Virus record (IMG/VR): IMGVR_UViG_3300016672_000182
Span: 1-37,534 of that record
Source: a virus
Lineage: Duplodnaviria > Caudoviricetes
Strand: one strand, 5' to 3'
DNA: 37,534 nucleotides
Shown: positions 14,926-24,289 of the stretch, piece after piece
How positions within the stretch are numbered: the stretch's first letter is position 1
Layout of the letters: every line of letters starts with the position of its first letter
Notes under the pieces: model-generated
Database searches by the model: none
What the model saw: the letters and a program-made list of their open reading frames with translations, nothing else
Told to the model about the DNA's origin: nothing
Position numbers and translations under genes: made by a program

Positions 14926-15372
14926 TCAAAGGGCTTGCTTGGTATCAAGCATCAGTTTTTTTGCTGTTTCGAAGTCTTCGCTTGTGAAGTGCAGTGCCAC
15001 ACCAAAATCAAGTTCTACGGTTGCAGGTCCGCTAGTGATCGCCTTGGCAAAAAAATCTTTTCCTTTTTGTGTTTCAGGGGAAAGAATGCTACTTCCATTT
15101 ATGCACGCTTGAAGAAACTTCACATTTGTACCGTTTATTTTGTAGGGGCCAGCCGCGGAAGGCCCGCTAGTTTCGGTTGCTCCGCAGCTCGATCCAGATA
15201 CGTCAACCAGATTCACAGTTATAGCATCGCCATTAAGGTTGGCGAGGGCGAAGATCTTCTTGTCCTCCGCTGGAGCAAGAGTGTAGGCAGTAGGCGTGAA
15301 CTGTTTCCACTCACCTGCTTGAGCGGAAATGCAGAGCAAGGATGTAATGGCGAAGACAAGTTGATTCCGCAT
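14926..15372 (-). CDS. Exported moron protein with Sec signal peptide
   Basis: ATG at 15372 with GGAG RBS; MRNQLVFAITSLLCISAQA signal; lower GC; reverse orientation. Confidence 0.8.
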   Translation of the reverse strand: MRNQLVFAITSLLCISAQAGEWKQFTPTAYTLAPAEDKKIFALANLNGDAITVNLVDVSGSSCGATETSGPSAAGPYKINGTNVKFLQACINGSSILSPETQKGKDFFAKAITSGPATVELDFGVALHFTSEDFETAKKLMLDTKQAL

Positions 15373-15502
15373 TAAAAACTCCATTTCTAAAGTAATCGCT
15401 TTGCGTCGAGTTCTTCGTGGTGAACCACTCGATCTGATGGCTGCTTAATATTACACCCGGTAAGCCCTATTCGGTTGCGCATAGGCGTTTGATATGAATG
15501 AT

Positions 15503-15531
15503 TTGACATCCCCGGCCTATACCTATAGATT
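15503..15531 (+). promoter_or_regulatory. Late promoter pR'
   Basis: TTGACA-17 bp-TAGATT between Q and holin, followed by terminators. Confidence 0.8.
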
Positions 15532-15560
15532 TCAGTTACTTTGCGGTTTTTCCGCGAGCA

Positions 15561-15587
15561 AAGCCCGACTCTAGAGTTGGGCTTTTT
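15561..15587 (+). terminator. tR' terminator 1
   Basis: AAGCCCGACTC-TA-GAGTTGGGC followed by T5. Confidence 0.8.
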
Positions 15588-15605
15588 GCTTTCTGCAGTT
15601 AATTG

Positions 15606-15631
15606 AGCCTCGGCATTTGCCGGGGCTTTTT
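15606..15631 (+). terminator. tR' terminator 2
   Basis: AGCCTCGGCA-TT-TGCCGGGGC followed by T5. Confidence 0.8.
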
Positions 15632-15719
15632 CGTTTTCGGCTCCACCACACCCATCGCTCCGAGCTGGGAGTGCTGCTGGAGCCGGATCTATTCACTTCC
15701 CGAAAGGGAGGAACCTGAG

Positions 15720-16052
15720 ATGCCGAACATGCCAGACAAGCCAGACACCTGGGCGATTGTGCTTGCGTGGCTGAGCCAGCATGCGCCGATCCTTTACCCG
15801 GCCGGACTATCCTTCTCCATGGCCGTGTTGCGCATCACCTATGGTGGTGGATCACGCCGCCAGATGCTGGTGGAGGGCGTGCTGTGTGGTGGGTTGACCC
15901 TGACCATCATCAGCGGTCTAGAGTTCTTCGGGTTGCCCCAGAGCATGGCTACCTTCGTTGGTGGTTGGGTTGGCTTCTTGGGGGTGGAGAAGATCCGGTC
16001 GATTGCTGACAGGGTGACCGACTTCAAGCTGCCGAGTCGCAAGGTCGATTAA
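15720..16052 (+). CDS. Holin, lambda family
   Basis: Multiple TM segments, GGWVGFLGVEKIR motif, charged C-terminus; tandem ATGs at 15720 and 15729. Confidence 0.88.
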   Translation: MPNMPDKPDTWAIVLAWLSQHAPILYPAGLSFSMAVLRITYGGGSRRQMLVEGVLCGGLTLTIISGLEFFGLPQSMATFVGGWVGFLGVEKIRSIADRVTDFKLPSRKVD

Positions 16053-16115
16053 TCCACGCCACGTTTTCGAATGCGCCAAGTCATGGCGCGCACCAGAAGC
16101 AAGGATCAGGAACGA

Positions 16116-16508
16116 ATGCCACCAAAGGCTAAGCGCCCGTGCCGTTCGCCAATGTGCCCGGCTAAGACCCAGGCCCCTAGCGGCTACTGCGAGCAGCATG
16201 CGCACCTTGCCAGTGGCTGGGCCAAGCCCGGCCGAGGAACGGCTGAGCAGCGCGGGTATGACTGGGCATGGCGCAAGAAGCGTGCGGCTGTCCTCAAGCG
16301 CGACCGCTACCTGTGCCAATGCGATGACTGCAAGGGTTGCACCCTTCCCGCGTCAGAAGTTGACCACGTAACACCTAAATCCATGGGTGGAAGTGACGAT
16401 TTTTGCAATTTGCAGTCGCTAAACGTCGATTGCCACAAGGCCAAAACGCAAAGGGAGGCGGCCGCCGCGCGCATTGGTCGCGTCGGCGAACGCGCAGGCA
16501 TCAGGTAG
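16116..16508 (+). CDS. Terminase-associated HNH endonuclease
   Basis: RGYDWAW...RDRYLC..C, EVDH, NLQSL..DCHKAKT; upstream of terS. Confidence 0.92.
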   Translation: MPPKAKRPCRSPMCPAKTQAPSGYCEQHAHLASGWAKPGRGTAEQRGYDWAWRKKRAAVLKRDRYLCQCDDCKGCTLPASEVDHVTPKSMGGSDDFCNLQSLNVDCHKAKTQREAAAARIGRVGERAGIR

Positions 16509-16649
16509 CGAAAATGCACCGAAAAAGCGCGTCAGAGGGGGGGTGGGCAAAATCTCTGCAGCTTTTCGCCTTCTCCACCGATCGCCCAGTCTTTTACGCG
16601 CGACCGCGAAATTAAAAAATTCGTACTTTTGAAAATTTGGGGGGTGCCT
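16509..16649. other. Probable cos region
   Basis: Non-coding gap with a G-run between HNH and terS, the cos position in HK97-like phages; cut site not determinable. Confidence 0.5.
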
Positions 16650-17117
16650 GTGGGCCGTCACGCCAAACCGACCGCCTTGAAAATGATCCAGGGTAACCCT
16701 GGCAAGCGGAAACTGAACAAGAACGCGCCGTCACCCGACGCCTTAATCCACGTGCCCGACCCGCCAGATTGGTTCGGTGAAATCGCGAAGAGCATCTGGC
16801 GCCAGGTCGCGCCCTGGTTGATCGAGGCCAGGATTTTGACCGGTACGGACATGCACAACCTTGAGGCGTTTTGCATGGCCTACCAGCGCTGGCGAGAAGC
16901 CCAGGACGACATCACCAAAAACGGGATCATCGTCATGGGCGCCAAGCAGGAAATCAAAAACCCTGCCTGCACCGTCTCCAACGAAACGTTACGCCAGATG
17001 GCCGCCTATGGTGGGGCGCTTGGACTTGATCCTGCAGCCCGGGCGCGCCTCAAGCCTGATGGCGAACAGAAACCAGATAACCCCTTTACCGCACTGCGGG
17101 GAGGCAAAGCCGGATAA
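16650..17117 (+). CDS. terS: Terminase small subunit, P27 family
   Basis: KPTALK..QGNPGKR, KNPA and LGLDPAARARL motifs; GTG start. Confidence 0.92.
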   Translation: MGRHAKPTALKMIQGNPGKRKLNKNAPSPDALIHVPDPPDWFGEIAKSIWRQVAPWLIEARILTGTDMHNLEAFCMAYQRWREAQDDITKNGIIVMGAKQEIKNPACTVSNETLRQMAAYGGALGLDPAARARLKPDGEQKPDNPFTALRGGKAG

Positions 17118-17126
17118 CCGCCCTCT

Positions 17127-18860
17127 ATGGCCAGCTCACCAAACGTCAACGCGGCGAACAAGTACGCCCGAGACGTGGTGGCGGGCAAGATTGAGGCGTG
17201 CAAGTGGGTGCGCGCCGCCTGCCGGCGTCACCTGAACGATCTGGCGAAGTCGGCGAAGAAGGGCTACCACTGGAAGTTCGATAAGGCCCAGGCCGAGCGT
17301 GTCTGTGTCTTTATCCAGTTGCTGCCGCACACCAAAGGCAAATGGGCCGGTAAGCGCCTGCTGATCACCCTGGAGCCATGGCAGAAATTTATCTTCTGCT
17401 GCATTTTCGGGTGGCGATCCAAACGCACCGGCTTACGTCGCTTCCGTGAGGTGTATTGCGAGATTCCCCGCAAGAACGGCAAGAGCGTTATTGCGGCGGG
17501 CTTGGGCCTGTTCATGTTCACCATGGATGGCGAGTTTGGGGCCGAGGTGTATTGCGGTGCGACCACCGAAGACCAAGCGTTAGAGGTGTTCCGGCCGGCC
17601 CGTCTGATGCTCAAGAACACGCCTCAACTCATTGAGGAGTGCGGCGCTGAGCTGATGGTGATGAACCTATCTATCCCTGAGGATGGCAGCCGCTTTGAAC
17701 CGCTGATTGGCGATCCTGGCGACGGCAGTTCGCCCAGTTGCGCCATTGTTGATGAGTACCACGAGCACGCGTCGTCTTCGTTGTACGACACCATGATCAC
17801 CGGCATGGGGGCCCGTGAACATCCGCTGATGTTCGTGATCACTACGGCAGGCTACAACCTGGCCGGGCCGTGCTACGTCCTGCGCGGACAGGTTAAAGAC
17901 ATGTTGCTGCACGCCCTGGGCGAAGGCGGCATAGAAAACGAAGAGCTTTTCGGGATCATCTACACCATCGACGATGGTGACGACTGGCAAGACCCCAATG
18001 TGTTGCGCAAGGCCAACCCCAACTTTGGCGTCTCGGTCGGTGATGAGTACCTGTTGCGCATGCAGGCGAACGCCAAGCGTTACCCGTCACAGCTGAACAA
18101 ATATCTCACCAAGCACTTAAACGTATGGGTTAGCTCCCGGTCGGCCTGGCTGAACATGTCGGATTGGGCGGCGTGCGGCAATCCTGAACTGACCCTGGAG
18201 CAATTCCGGGGCCGTAAATGCTGGGTCGGGGTCGACCTGGCGAGCAAATCAGACATTACCGCTGTGGCCCTGGTGTTCAAGGACAAGGATAAGCGTGGCC
18301 GGGATGTGTGGACGGTGTTCTGCAGGTCCTACCTGCCAGAAGGCGCGATAGAGCGCGCGACCACCTTTAGGGATGCATACGAAGGGTGGGTGGTGTCTGG
18401 CGAACTGCTGACCACGGACGGCGAGGAAACCGACTTTGATGTGGTGCGCGATGACATCAAAGATCTGGCCGAGATGTTCGACATTCAGGAAATCGCCTAC
18501 GACAAGTGGCGCGCCACGCAACTGGCGCACCAGTTGCAGGCGGACGGCGCCGAGGTCGTCGAGGTCGGCGGCGGTATTCAAACCATGAATATGCCCATGC
18601 GGGAGGTTGAAGCGGCGCTGGTTTCACGGCGCTTCAATCACCCTGCAAACGGTGTGCTGTCGTGGATGGCGGGGAACGTGACGACCAAGGAATACCGAGG
18701 TTGTTTGACCCCAATGAAGGAAGACGAAGGCAAGGGCAACTTGCGCAAGATCGACGGCATGGTCGCCATTCTGATGGGGATGAGCCGCGCAATGCTGGCC
18801 GATCAGGCGCCTGGCAGCCTTCTCGACAGCATCACTGACGATGACCTTTTAATAATGTGA
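17127..18860 (+). CDS. terL: Terminase large subunit
   Basis: LEPWQ, PRKNGKS Walker A, IVDEYH Walker B, ITTAG, GVDLAS, KIDG. Confidence 0.96.
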   Translation: MASSPNVNAANKYARDVVAGKIEACKWVRAACRRHLNDLAKSAKKGYHWKFDKAQAERVCVFIQLLPHTKGKWAGKRLLITLEPWQKFIFCCIFGWRSKRTGLRRFREVYCEIPRKNGKSVIAAGLGLFMFTMDGEFGAEVYCGATTEDQALEVFRPARLMLKNTPQLIEECGAELMVMNLSIPEDGSRFEPLIGDPGDGSSPSCAIVDEYHEHASSSLYDTMITGMGAREHPLMFVITTAGYNLAGPCYVLRGQVKDMLLHALGEGGIENEELFGIIYTIDDGDDWQDPNVLRKANPNFGVSVGDEYLLRMQANAKRYPSQLNKYLTKHLNVWVSSRSAWLNMSDWAACGNPELTLEQFRGRKCWVGVDLASKSDITAVALVFKDKDKRGRDVWTVFCRSYLPEGAIERATTFRDAYEGWVVSGELLTTDGEETDFDVVRDDIKDLAEMFDIQEIAYDKWRATQLAHQLQADGAEVVEVGGGIQTMNMPMREVEAALVSRRFNHPANGVLSWMAGNVTTKEYRGCLTPMKEDEGKGNLRKIDGMVAILMGMSRAMLADQAPGSLLDSITDDDLLIM

Positions 18861-18867
18861 GCCCCCT

Positions 18868-19014
18868 ATGAAAACTTGGATTCCTGAGGTGATCGGGACG
18901 GCAGGCTTTTGCCTGCTTGTTTCCGGCCTGTACATCCAGTTCGGCCCGGGCTGGGCACTGATGGCTGGTGGTGTCCTGCTGTTGGGCGGCGCAATCAAGG
19001 TGGTTACGCGATGA
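18868..19014 (+). CDS. Small two-TM membrane protein (48 aa, not in the ORF track)
   Basis: MKTWIPEVIGTAGFCLLVSGLYIQFGPGWALMAGGVLLLGGAIKVVTR; ATGA overlap with portal. Confidence 0.75.
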   Translation: MKTWIPEVIGTAGFCLLVSGLYIQFGPGWALMAGGVLLLGGAIKVVTR

Positions 19015-20234
19015 TCCTGGGAGCGATGTTTGAGAATCGCAGCTTGGAGAATCCGGCGACCAGTATGAGCAGTCAGGAGCTGGGCGAGTTCTTGTGTGCC
19101 GGCAACGGCATTGCTGTGAGCCCGGAGACTGCGCAAAAGCTGACGGCGGTTTATGCCTGTATCTACGTGTTGTCCAGCACCATGGCGCAGCTGCCCTTAA
19201 GCGTATTGCGCAAGGTCAACGGAGAGATCGTGCCGGCCACGGATCACCCGGCGCATTACCTGCTACACGACGAGCCTAATCAGTGGCAAACGTCCTACAA
19301 GTGGCGTGAGACCAAACAGGCCCACACTCTGGGCTGGGGCAACGGCTTTACGCGCCTGGTGCGCAGTCGTCGGGGTGAGCTGCAGGCGCTGGAGATGTGC
19401 GAGCCCCAGGTAACCGACCTGGTGAAGAACGGCGGCCGCTGGATCTACGCGACACAGGATGACGACGGCATGCCGTTGGCGGTTGCGCCAGAGGACATGG
19501 TGCATCTGCGCGCGATTGGCTCAGGCCGTCGAATGGGCACCAGTCCCATTCGGCAGAACGCGGAAACGGTCGGTCTTGGTTTGGCTGCTGTGCGTTACGG
19601 CAAGGAGTTTTTCGAGGGGGGCGGCCGCCCTACGGGGCTGTTGACGCTTAAAGACGGAAATCTAAAGGGCGACGGGTGGGAACGCCTGAAAAGCGTCTGG
19701 CGCGGCGCCGTGGGCAAGCTCAAACAGTCGGATAACAAGACGCTGCTGTTGCCGGCGGATCTGGATTACAAGGCGCTGACTATTGCGCCTGAGGATGCGC
19801 AGTTTCTGGATACGCGCAAGCTGACGCGTAGTGAGATTGCCAGCATGTTTAACGTGCCTTCTCACATGATCAACGATCTGGAAAAGGCCACGTTTTCCAA
19901 CATCAGCGAACAGGCTATCCAGTTCGTCCGGCACTCGGTAATGCCCTGGGTCAAAAACTGGGAAGAAGAGCTGAACCGCCGGGTGTTTACCCGGGCTGAG
20001 CGCCTTGCCGGCTATTACATCAAGTTCAACCTGGCCGGTCTGCTGCGCGGCACCCCGAAAGAGCGCGCCGAGTTCTACCGGATCGCGATCCAAGACGGCT
20101 GGATGTCTCGCAATGAGGTCCGCGTGCTGGAAGATCTGAACCCGATGGCCGGCCTCGATTCGATGTTGCTCAACGTCAACACCACGTTGCTGGGCGCTAA
20201 CGGCTTGCCGTTACCCGTAACGCCAAAGGAATAA
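19011..20234 (+). CDS. Portal protein, HK97 family
   Basis: AVYACI...AQLPL, DAQFLDTRK....EIA.MFNVP, TFSNISEQ, NEVR..EDL.P. Confidence 0.95.
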   Translation: MILGAMFENRSLENPATSMSSQELGEFLCAGNGIAVSPETAQKLTAVYACIYVLSSTMAQLPLSVLRKVNGEIVPATDHPAHYLLHDEPNQWQTSYKWRETKQAHTLGWGNGFTRLVRSRRGELQALEMCEPQVTDLVKNGGRWIYATQDDDGMPLAVAPEDMVHLRAIGSGRRMGTSPIRQNAETVGLGLAAVRYGKEFFEGGGRPTGLLTLKDGNLKGDGWERLKSVWRGAVGKLKQSDNKTLLLPADLDYKALTIAPEDAQFLDTRKLTRSEIASMFNVPSHMINDLEKATFSNISEQAIQFVRHSVMPWVKNWEEELNRRVFTRAERLAGYYIKFNLAGLLRGTPKERAEFYRIAIQDGWMSRNEVRVLEDLNPMAGLDSMLLNVNTTLLGANGLPLPVTPKE

Positions 20235-20238
20235 CCCA

Positions 20239-20862
20239 ATGAGTGAGTTTGAGAAACGCATGCTGCCCGCGCAGCACTGCGAGCTTCGCGCTGTGCCGGC
20301 GGAAGAGGGCGGCGATCAGAATTCGTCCCCGCGCATTGCCGGCTACGGCGCTGTGTTCAATCAGCGTAGCGACCTGCTGGGCGGCTTCTTTGTCGAGATT
20401 ATTGCCCCTGGTGCATTCGATGAGGTTTTGGGCCAGGACGTGCGTGGGCTGTTCAACCATGACCCCAACTATCTGCTTGGGCGCACGGTCAGCGGCACGC
20501 TGCGCCTTTCGGTAGACCAGCGCGGCCTGGCTTACGAAATCGATACGCCCAACACGCAGACCATTCGCGACCTTGTTGTCGAGCCGCTTAAGCGCGGTGA
20601 CATGAGCGGTAGCAGCTTCGCTATGCGTGTCGCCCCTGGCGGCGACACCTGGCACGAAGAAGGCGGCGTGGTGGTGCGGACGATCTACAAGATCGCCGAA
20701 CTGCGCGACGTGGGCCCGGTGTCATTCCCGGCCTATCCCGATTCAAGCGCTGCCCAGCGCTCCCTGGACGCCTGGAAACAGGCGAAAAACGAAGGCCTTG
20801 AGGGGCGCGCTCAGTTTGAGCGTGACGCCCGAGAGCGCCTGCTTGATTTGAACGACCTTTAA
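20239..20862 (+). CDS. Prohead maturation protease, HK97 family
   Basis: GYGAVFN, LFNHD...LGRT, SSFA, VSFPAYP. Confidence 0.95.
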   Translation: MSEFEKRMLPAQHCELRAVPAEEGGDQNSSPRIAGYGAVFNQRSDLLGGFFVEIIAPGAFDEVLGQDVRGLFNHDPNYLLGRTVSGTLRLSVDQRGLAYEIDTPNTQTIRDLVVEPLKRGDMSGSSFAMRVAPGGDTWHEEGGVVVRTIYKIAELRDVGPVSFPAYPDSSAAQRSLDAWKQAKNEGLEGRAQFERDARERLLDLNDL

Positions 20863-20877
20863 GCCCTTGGGGGATTT

Positions 20878-22119
20878 ATGACACTGCAACAACTGAAAGA
20901 ACTGTACGCCCAAAAATCCGCCGAAATGCGCAGCCTGCACGAAAGTACCGGGGATGAGGCTTGGAATGGCGAGGTCCGTGCCAAGTGGGAGGCCATGAAG
21001 GTCGACCTGAAAGCCTTGAAAGAGAAGATCGAGCGCGAGGAAGAATTGCGCGAAAATGATCAGTCTTTTATCGAAGAGCGCGCCCGCAATGCCAACCAAG
21101 GCACCCAGCATCAGCAGCAGCTGACGGGTGAACAGACTGAACTGCGCAGCGCCTTCGATGCGTTCTTGCGCGGTGGCGCTGAGCATCTGACTGCAGAACA
21201 ACGCTCGGCAGTATTGGCCCTGCGCGCCCAAGGCGTACAAGGCCCCGAAGCCGGCGGCTATACGGTGCCTACCACGCTGCAGGCGAAAGTGATCGAGGCC
21301 CTGAGCACCTACGGCGGTATCGCGTCCGTATGTCAGTTGCTCAACACCGACAACGGCGCGCCCATTGCCTGGGCGGTGAGCAATGGCGGCGAAGAAGAAG
21401 GCGAGCTGATCGGCGAGAACAAGCAGGCCAGCGAAAAGGATGTTGAGTTTGGTATGGGCACGCTGGGCTCCCACACCATCAGCTCGAAAATCATCCGCGT
21501 CTCCGAACAGCTGCTGCAGGATTCCGGTATCGACATGGAAGCGTTCCTGGCCGGCCGTATCAGCAAGCGCTGTGGCCGTACCCGTAACCGCCTGATCGTC
21601 CAGGGCACGGGCGCAGCAGAGACTGCAGACGCGCCGGCCCAGCCTAAAGGCCTGGAGGCGGCCGTAAGCGTAGGTAACGTGACTGCCAGTGCAGCCAAGT
21701 TCACCTGGCAGGAAGTCAACGGCCTGATTCACTCGGTCGATCCGGCCTATCGTGCGGCCCCTAAATTCCGCCTGGCCTTCAACGACAAGACCTGTCAGGC
21801 CATGGAAGAAATGGTAGACGGCAATAACCGTCCTCTGTGGCTGCCGGGCATCGACAGCGACCGCCCGGCGACCATCCTGAAACAGCAATACGTGATTGAT
21901 CAGGCGATTGCCGATATCGCCGCTGGTAAGAAATTCATGTATGCCGGCGACTTCAACGAGTTGATCTTGCGTGCCGTGCGCAGCCTGACCCTGAAACGCC
22001 TGGTCGAGCGTTACGCTGAGTTCGGCCAGGTCGGCTTCCTGGCCTTCCTGCGCTTTGGCATCGTCCTGCAGGACACTGCAGCCATCAAAGCGCTGCAGGG
22101 CAAAGGCGCTGCAGCCTAA
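20878..22119 (+). CDS. Major capsid protein, HK97 fold with delta domain
   Basis: Coiled-coil N-terminus, GGYTVP, VSEQLLQDS, QPKGL, GDF. Confidence 0.95.
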   Translation: MTLQQLKELYAQKSAEMRSLHESTGDEAWNGEVRAKWEAMKVDLKALKEKIEREEELRENDQSFIEERARNANQGTQHQQQLTGEQTELRSAFDAFLRGGAEHLTAEQRSAVLALRAQGVQGPEAGGYTVPTTLQAKVIEALSTYGGIASVCQLLNTDNGAPIAWAVSNGGEEEGELIGENKQASEKDVEFGMGTLGSHTISSKIIRVSEQLLQDSGIDMEAFLAGRISKRCGRTRNRLIVQGTGAAETADAPAQPKGLEAAVSVGNVTASAAKFTWQEVNGLIHSVDPAYRAAPKFRLAFNDKTCQAMEEMVDGNNRPLWLPGIDSDRPATILKQQYVIDQAIADIAAGKKFMYAGDFNELILRAVRSLTLKRLVERYAEFGQVGFLAFLRFGIVLQDTAAIKALQGKGAAA

Positions 22120-22157
22120 GCCTGGAGCGGGGCCGTGCAAGCGGCCCCTGTGCGCGC

Positions 22158-22541
22158 ATGTTGACGCTTGAGCAAATTAAGCAGCATTGCCGGCTTGAGC
22201 TGGACGACACCGAGGAAGACGAGCTGCTGCAGGGTTACGGCCGTGCAGCGCGCCGAATGGTCGAGACTCGCACCGGTCGCAAGCTAGTGCGGGTCGAGTT
22301 GCCCGCTGATGCGCCGCCGGATGCTGCCGGCGATTACGACTACCTGCGCGGCCTGTTGCCGGCAACGGCGCCGGGCAATGCGTTACCCGTAACGGATGAC
22401 GTAACCCTGGCCATGAAAATGCTGGTCGCGCACTGGTACCGCAATCGCGAAGCCGTCACCGAAGCCACGGCAACGGGTTCACGCGCGTTACCGCTGGCCT
22501 TTGAGGCGTTGGTAGGCCCTTACAACTGGATATCGCTATGA
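22158..22541 (+). CDS. Head-tail connector (gp6-like)
   Basis: LEQIKQHCRL, AM.MLVAHWY.NREAV. Confidence 0.9.
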   Translation: MLTLEQIKQHCRLELDDTEEDELLQGYGRAARRMVETRTGRKLVRVELPADAPPDAAGDYDYLRGLLPATAPGNALPVTDDVTLAMKMLVAHWYRNREAVTEATATGSRALPLAFEALVGPYNWISL

Positions 22542-22915
22542 AGCACCCAGGCGCTGGCGAGCGGGATAAACGCATTGAAATTCGGGTGCGCAATGACAAA
22601 CCCTTGAATGACGCCGATCTGGTGTCGGGTTACATCAGCGTCGGCCACCGCTGGGCGCTGCTGGAACCGCTGGGCACGCTGTTGGTGCATAGCGGTATTC
22701 AGGTCAACAAGAAGATCACCCACCGCCTGACCTTCAAGCGCCTGCCGGGGATTGATGACCGGCATGAGGTTGTCCAGGGCAAGCGGTTGTTTCGGGTGGT
22801 GGGTGTGGGTGACGTGAACGAATCGGGCATTGATACGGTGCTTGAGGTCGAGGAAATCACCGGTAATCCGGCCAGCGCTTCGTCCATGCCAAAGCGGGAT
22901 ATCTACGATGAGTAA
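22538..22915 (+). CDS. Head closure / head-tail adaptor
   Basis: AGERDKRI, WA.LEP, ITHRL motifs; synteny. Confidence 0.8.
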   Translation: MKHPGAGERDKRIEIRVRNDKPLNDADLVSGYISVGHRWALLEPLGTLLVHSGIQVNKKITHRLTFKRLPGIDDRHEVVQGKRLFRVVGVGDVNESGIDTVLEVEEITGNPASASSMPKRDIYDE

Positions 22916-23408
22916 CAGCGTCGAGGTTAATGGCTACCTGCATATCGAGGGTTTCGAGAAGTTCGACCGCGAAGCCTTCGACAAGCGGAAAGTACGCGCC
23001 GGGATGCGCAAAGCTGGCCGCCTGGTAGCGGGTAGAGCGCAAATGAACCTGGCCCTGGCCCGGGGGGCGGCGGGTTATCCGCACGTGCGTACAGGTCGCT
23101 TGCGGGATTCGGTCACGTTCAAGGTGTCGCGCTCTGGATTCATGGTGAAGGTAGCCCCAAAAAAGACCAGTGACATGCAGGCGTTTTACCCGGCCTACCT
23201 GCACTACGGGGTCAAGCAAGGCGGCCGCGTCAAGGGCCAGCCCGGTGGTCGTCGCGCACGCGGTGGCCGGGCGGATCTGGTGGCGGCCCGCCGTGCTGGA
23301 GGTTGGCGGATTGATCCGCGTGACAACTACATGGCCGACGCTCTGCAGGATTCTGCAGCAGACGTGCAGAAGATCCTGGGCGCCGCTTTTGCGGACGGCC
23401 TTCGGTAA
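22908..23408 (+). CDS. Neck / tail completion protein (HK97 gp10-like)
   Basis: RTGRLRDS and YPAYLHYG; ATG at 22908; synteny. Confidence 0.7.
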   Translation: MSNSVEVNGYLHIEGFEKFDREAFDKRKVRAGMRKAGRLVAGRAQMNLALARGAAGYPHVRTGRLRDSVTFKVSRSGFMVKVAPKKTSDMQAFYPAYLHYGVKQGGRVKGQPGGRRARGGRADLVAARRAGGWRIDPRDNYMADALQDSAADVQKILGAAFADGLR

Positions 23409-23423
23409 ACGCAACCTTTTCAC

Positions 23424-23448
23424 AAGCCCCGTACTCCGGGGCTTTTTT
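23424..23448 (+). terminator. Intrinsic terminator between head and tail modules
   Basis: AAGCCCCG-loop-CGGGGC followed by T6. Confidence 0.8.
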
Positions 23449-23465
23449 ATGCCTGGAGTTCAACG

Positions 23466-24074
23466 GTGAAGCTGATCCCGATCATCAAGCACCTACGCAA
23501 TACCTGCCCGACATTCGCGCGTCGTGTGTACGGCGGGCTCGACTGGGACCCGGTAGCCAAGAGCGTTAGAACCGACATGCCGGCGGCTTACGTGATCTGC
23601 ATTGGTGACTCTGCTGACCCTTCGGATACGCAGGGCACGATTCGTCAGCGAGTGCGTGACGCCATAGACGTGAACGTTGAGGTCTGGAGCGAAGACGAGC
23701 GCGGGCAGAGCGCCGCTGACCTGATCCACGATCTGCGCGCCGAATTGTGGCGCGCCCTGGTCGGTTTCAAGCCAGACGCAGACGGCGCACCGCTGCAGTA
23801 CGACGACGGCGAGCTGTTGCTAATCGATCGTTCAAAGGCCGTCTACCGCTTTCGCTTCTTCACCGAATTCATGATTGGTCGCACTCCGGTGGGGTACGGC
23901 CAGCCACTTGGCCCGCCGGAAACCTGGCAGGAAGTCGTGGAAGACGGCCTGGTCCCGTTCGATGGCGTGAACATCGATGTCGATTTTATCGGCCCCATTT
24001 TTGACAAAAACCTTTCCCCGACTGGCCCTGATGGCCGGATCGAAATCGTAGCCCGCGAGGATCTGCAACCGTGA
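23466..24074 (+). CDS. Putative tail terminator protein
   Basis: Synteny before DUF2635/sheath; PAAYVI and ELWRALVG motifs. Confidence 0.65.
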   Translation: MKLIPIIKHLRNTCPTFARRVYGGLDWDPVAKSVRTDMPAAYVICIGDSADPSDTQGTIRQRVRDAIDVNVEVWSEDERGQSAADLIHDLRAELWRALVGFKPDADGAPLQYDDGELLLIDRSKAVYRFRFFTEFMIGRTPVGYGQPLGPPETWQEVVEDGLVPFDGVNIDVDFIGPIFDKNLSPTGPDGRIEIVAREDLQP

Positions 24075-24289
24075 CGCAAATCTACCTGAAACCAGTGGCC
24101 GGCCGGGATAGCCCCGACCCGGCCAAGGGCGGCGCCCTGCTGCCCGAAAAGGGCGACAGCGTGCCCCTGAACGCTTACTGGCAGCGCCGTATCAATGACG
24201 GCGATGTCGTGAAGGCTGAGCCACCGAAGGCCGCGAAAGCGACCACGAAGGCCGCCCAGCCAGCGGACAACGGGAGTGCTGAGGCATGA
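24071..24289 (+). CDS. DUF2635 (Mu gp38-like) protein
   Basis: KPVAGR..PDP..G.LLP.G...YWQRRI.DGDV. Confidence 0.85.
   Translation: MTQIYLKPVAGRDSPDPAKGGALLPEKGDSVPLNAYWQRRINDGDVVKAEPPKAAKATTKAAQPADNGSAEA

Noticed and set aside
20743-22140. 465-aa minus-strand ORF
   Set aside because: Antisense shadow of the capsid gene.
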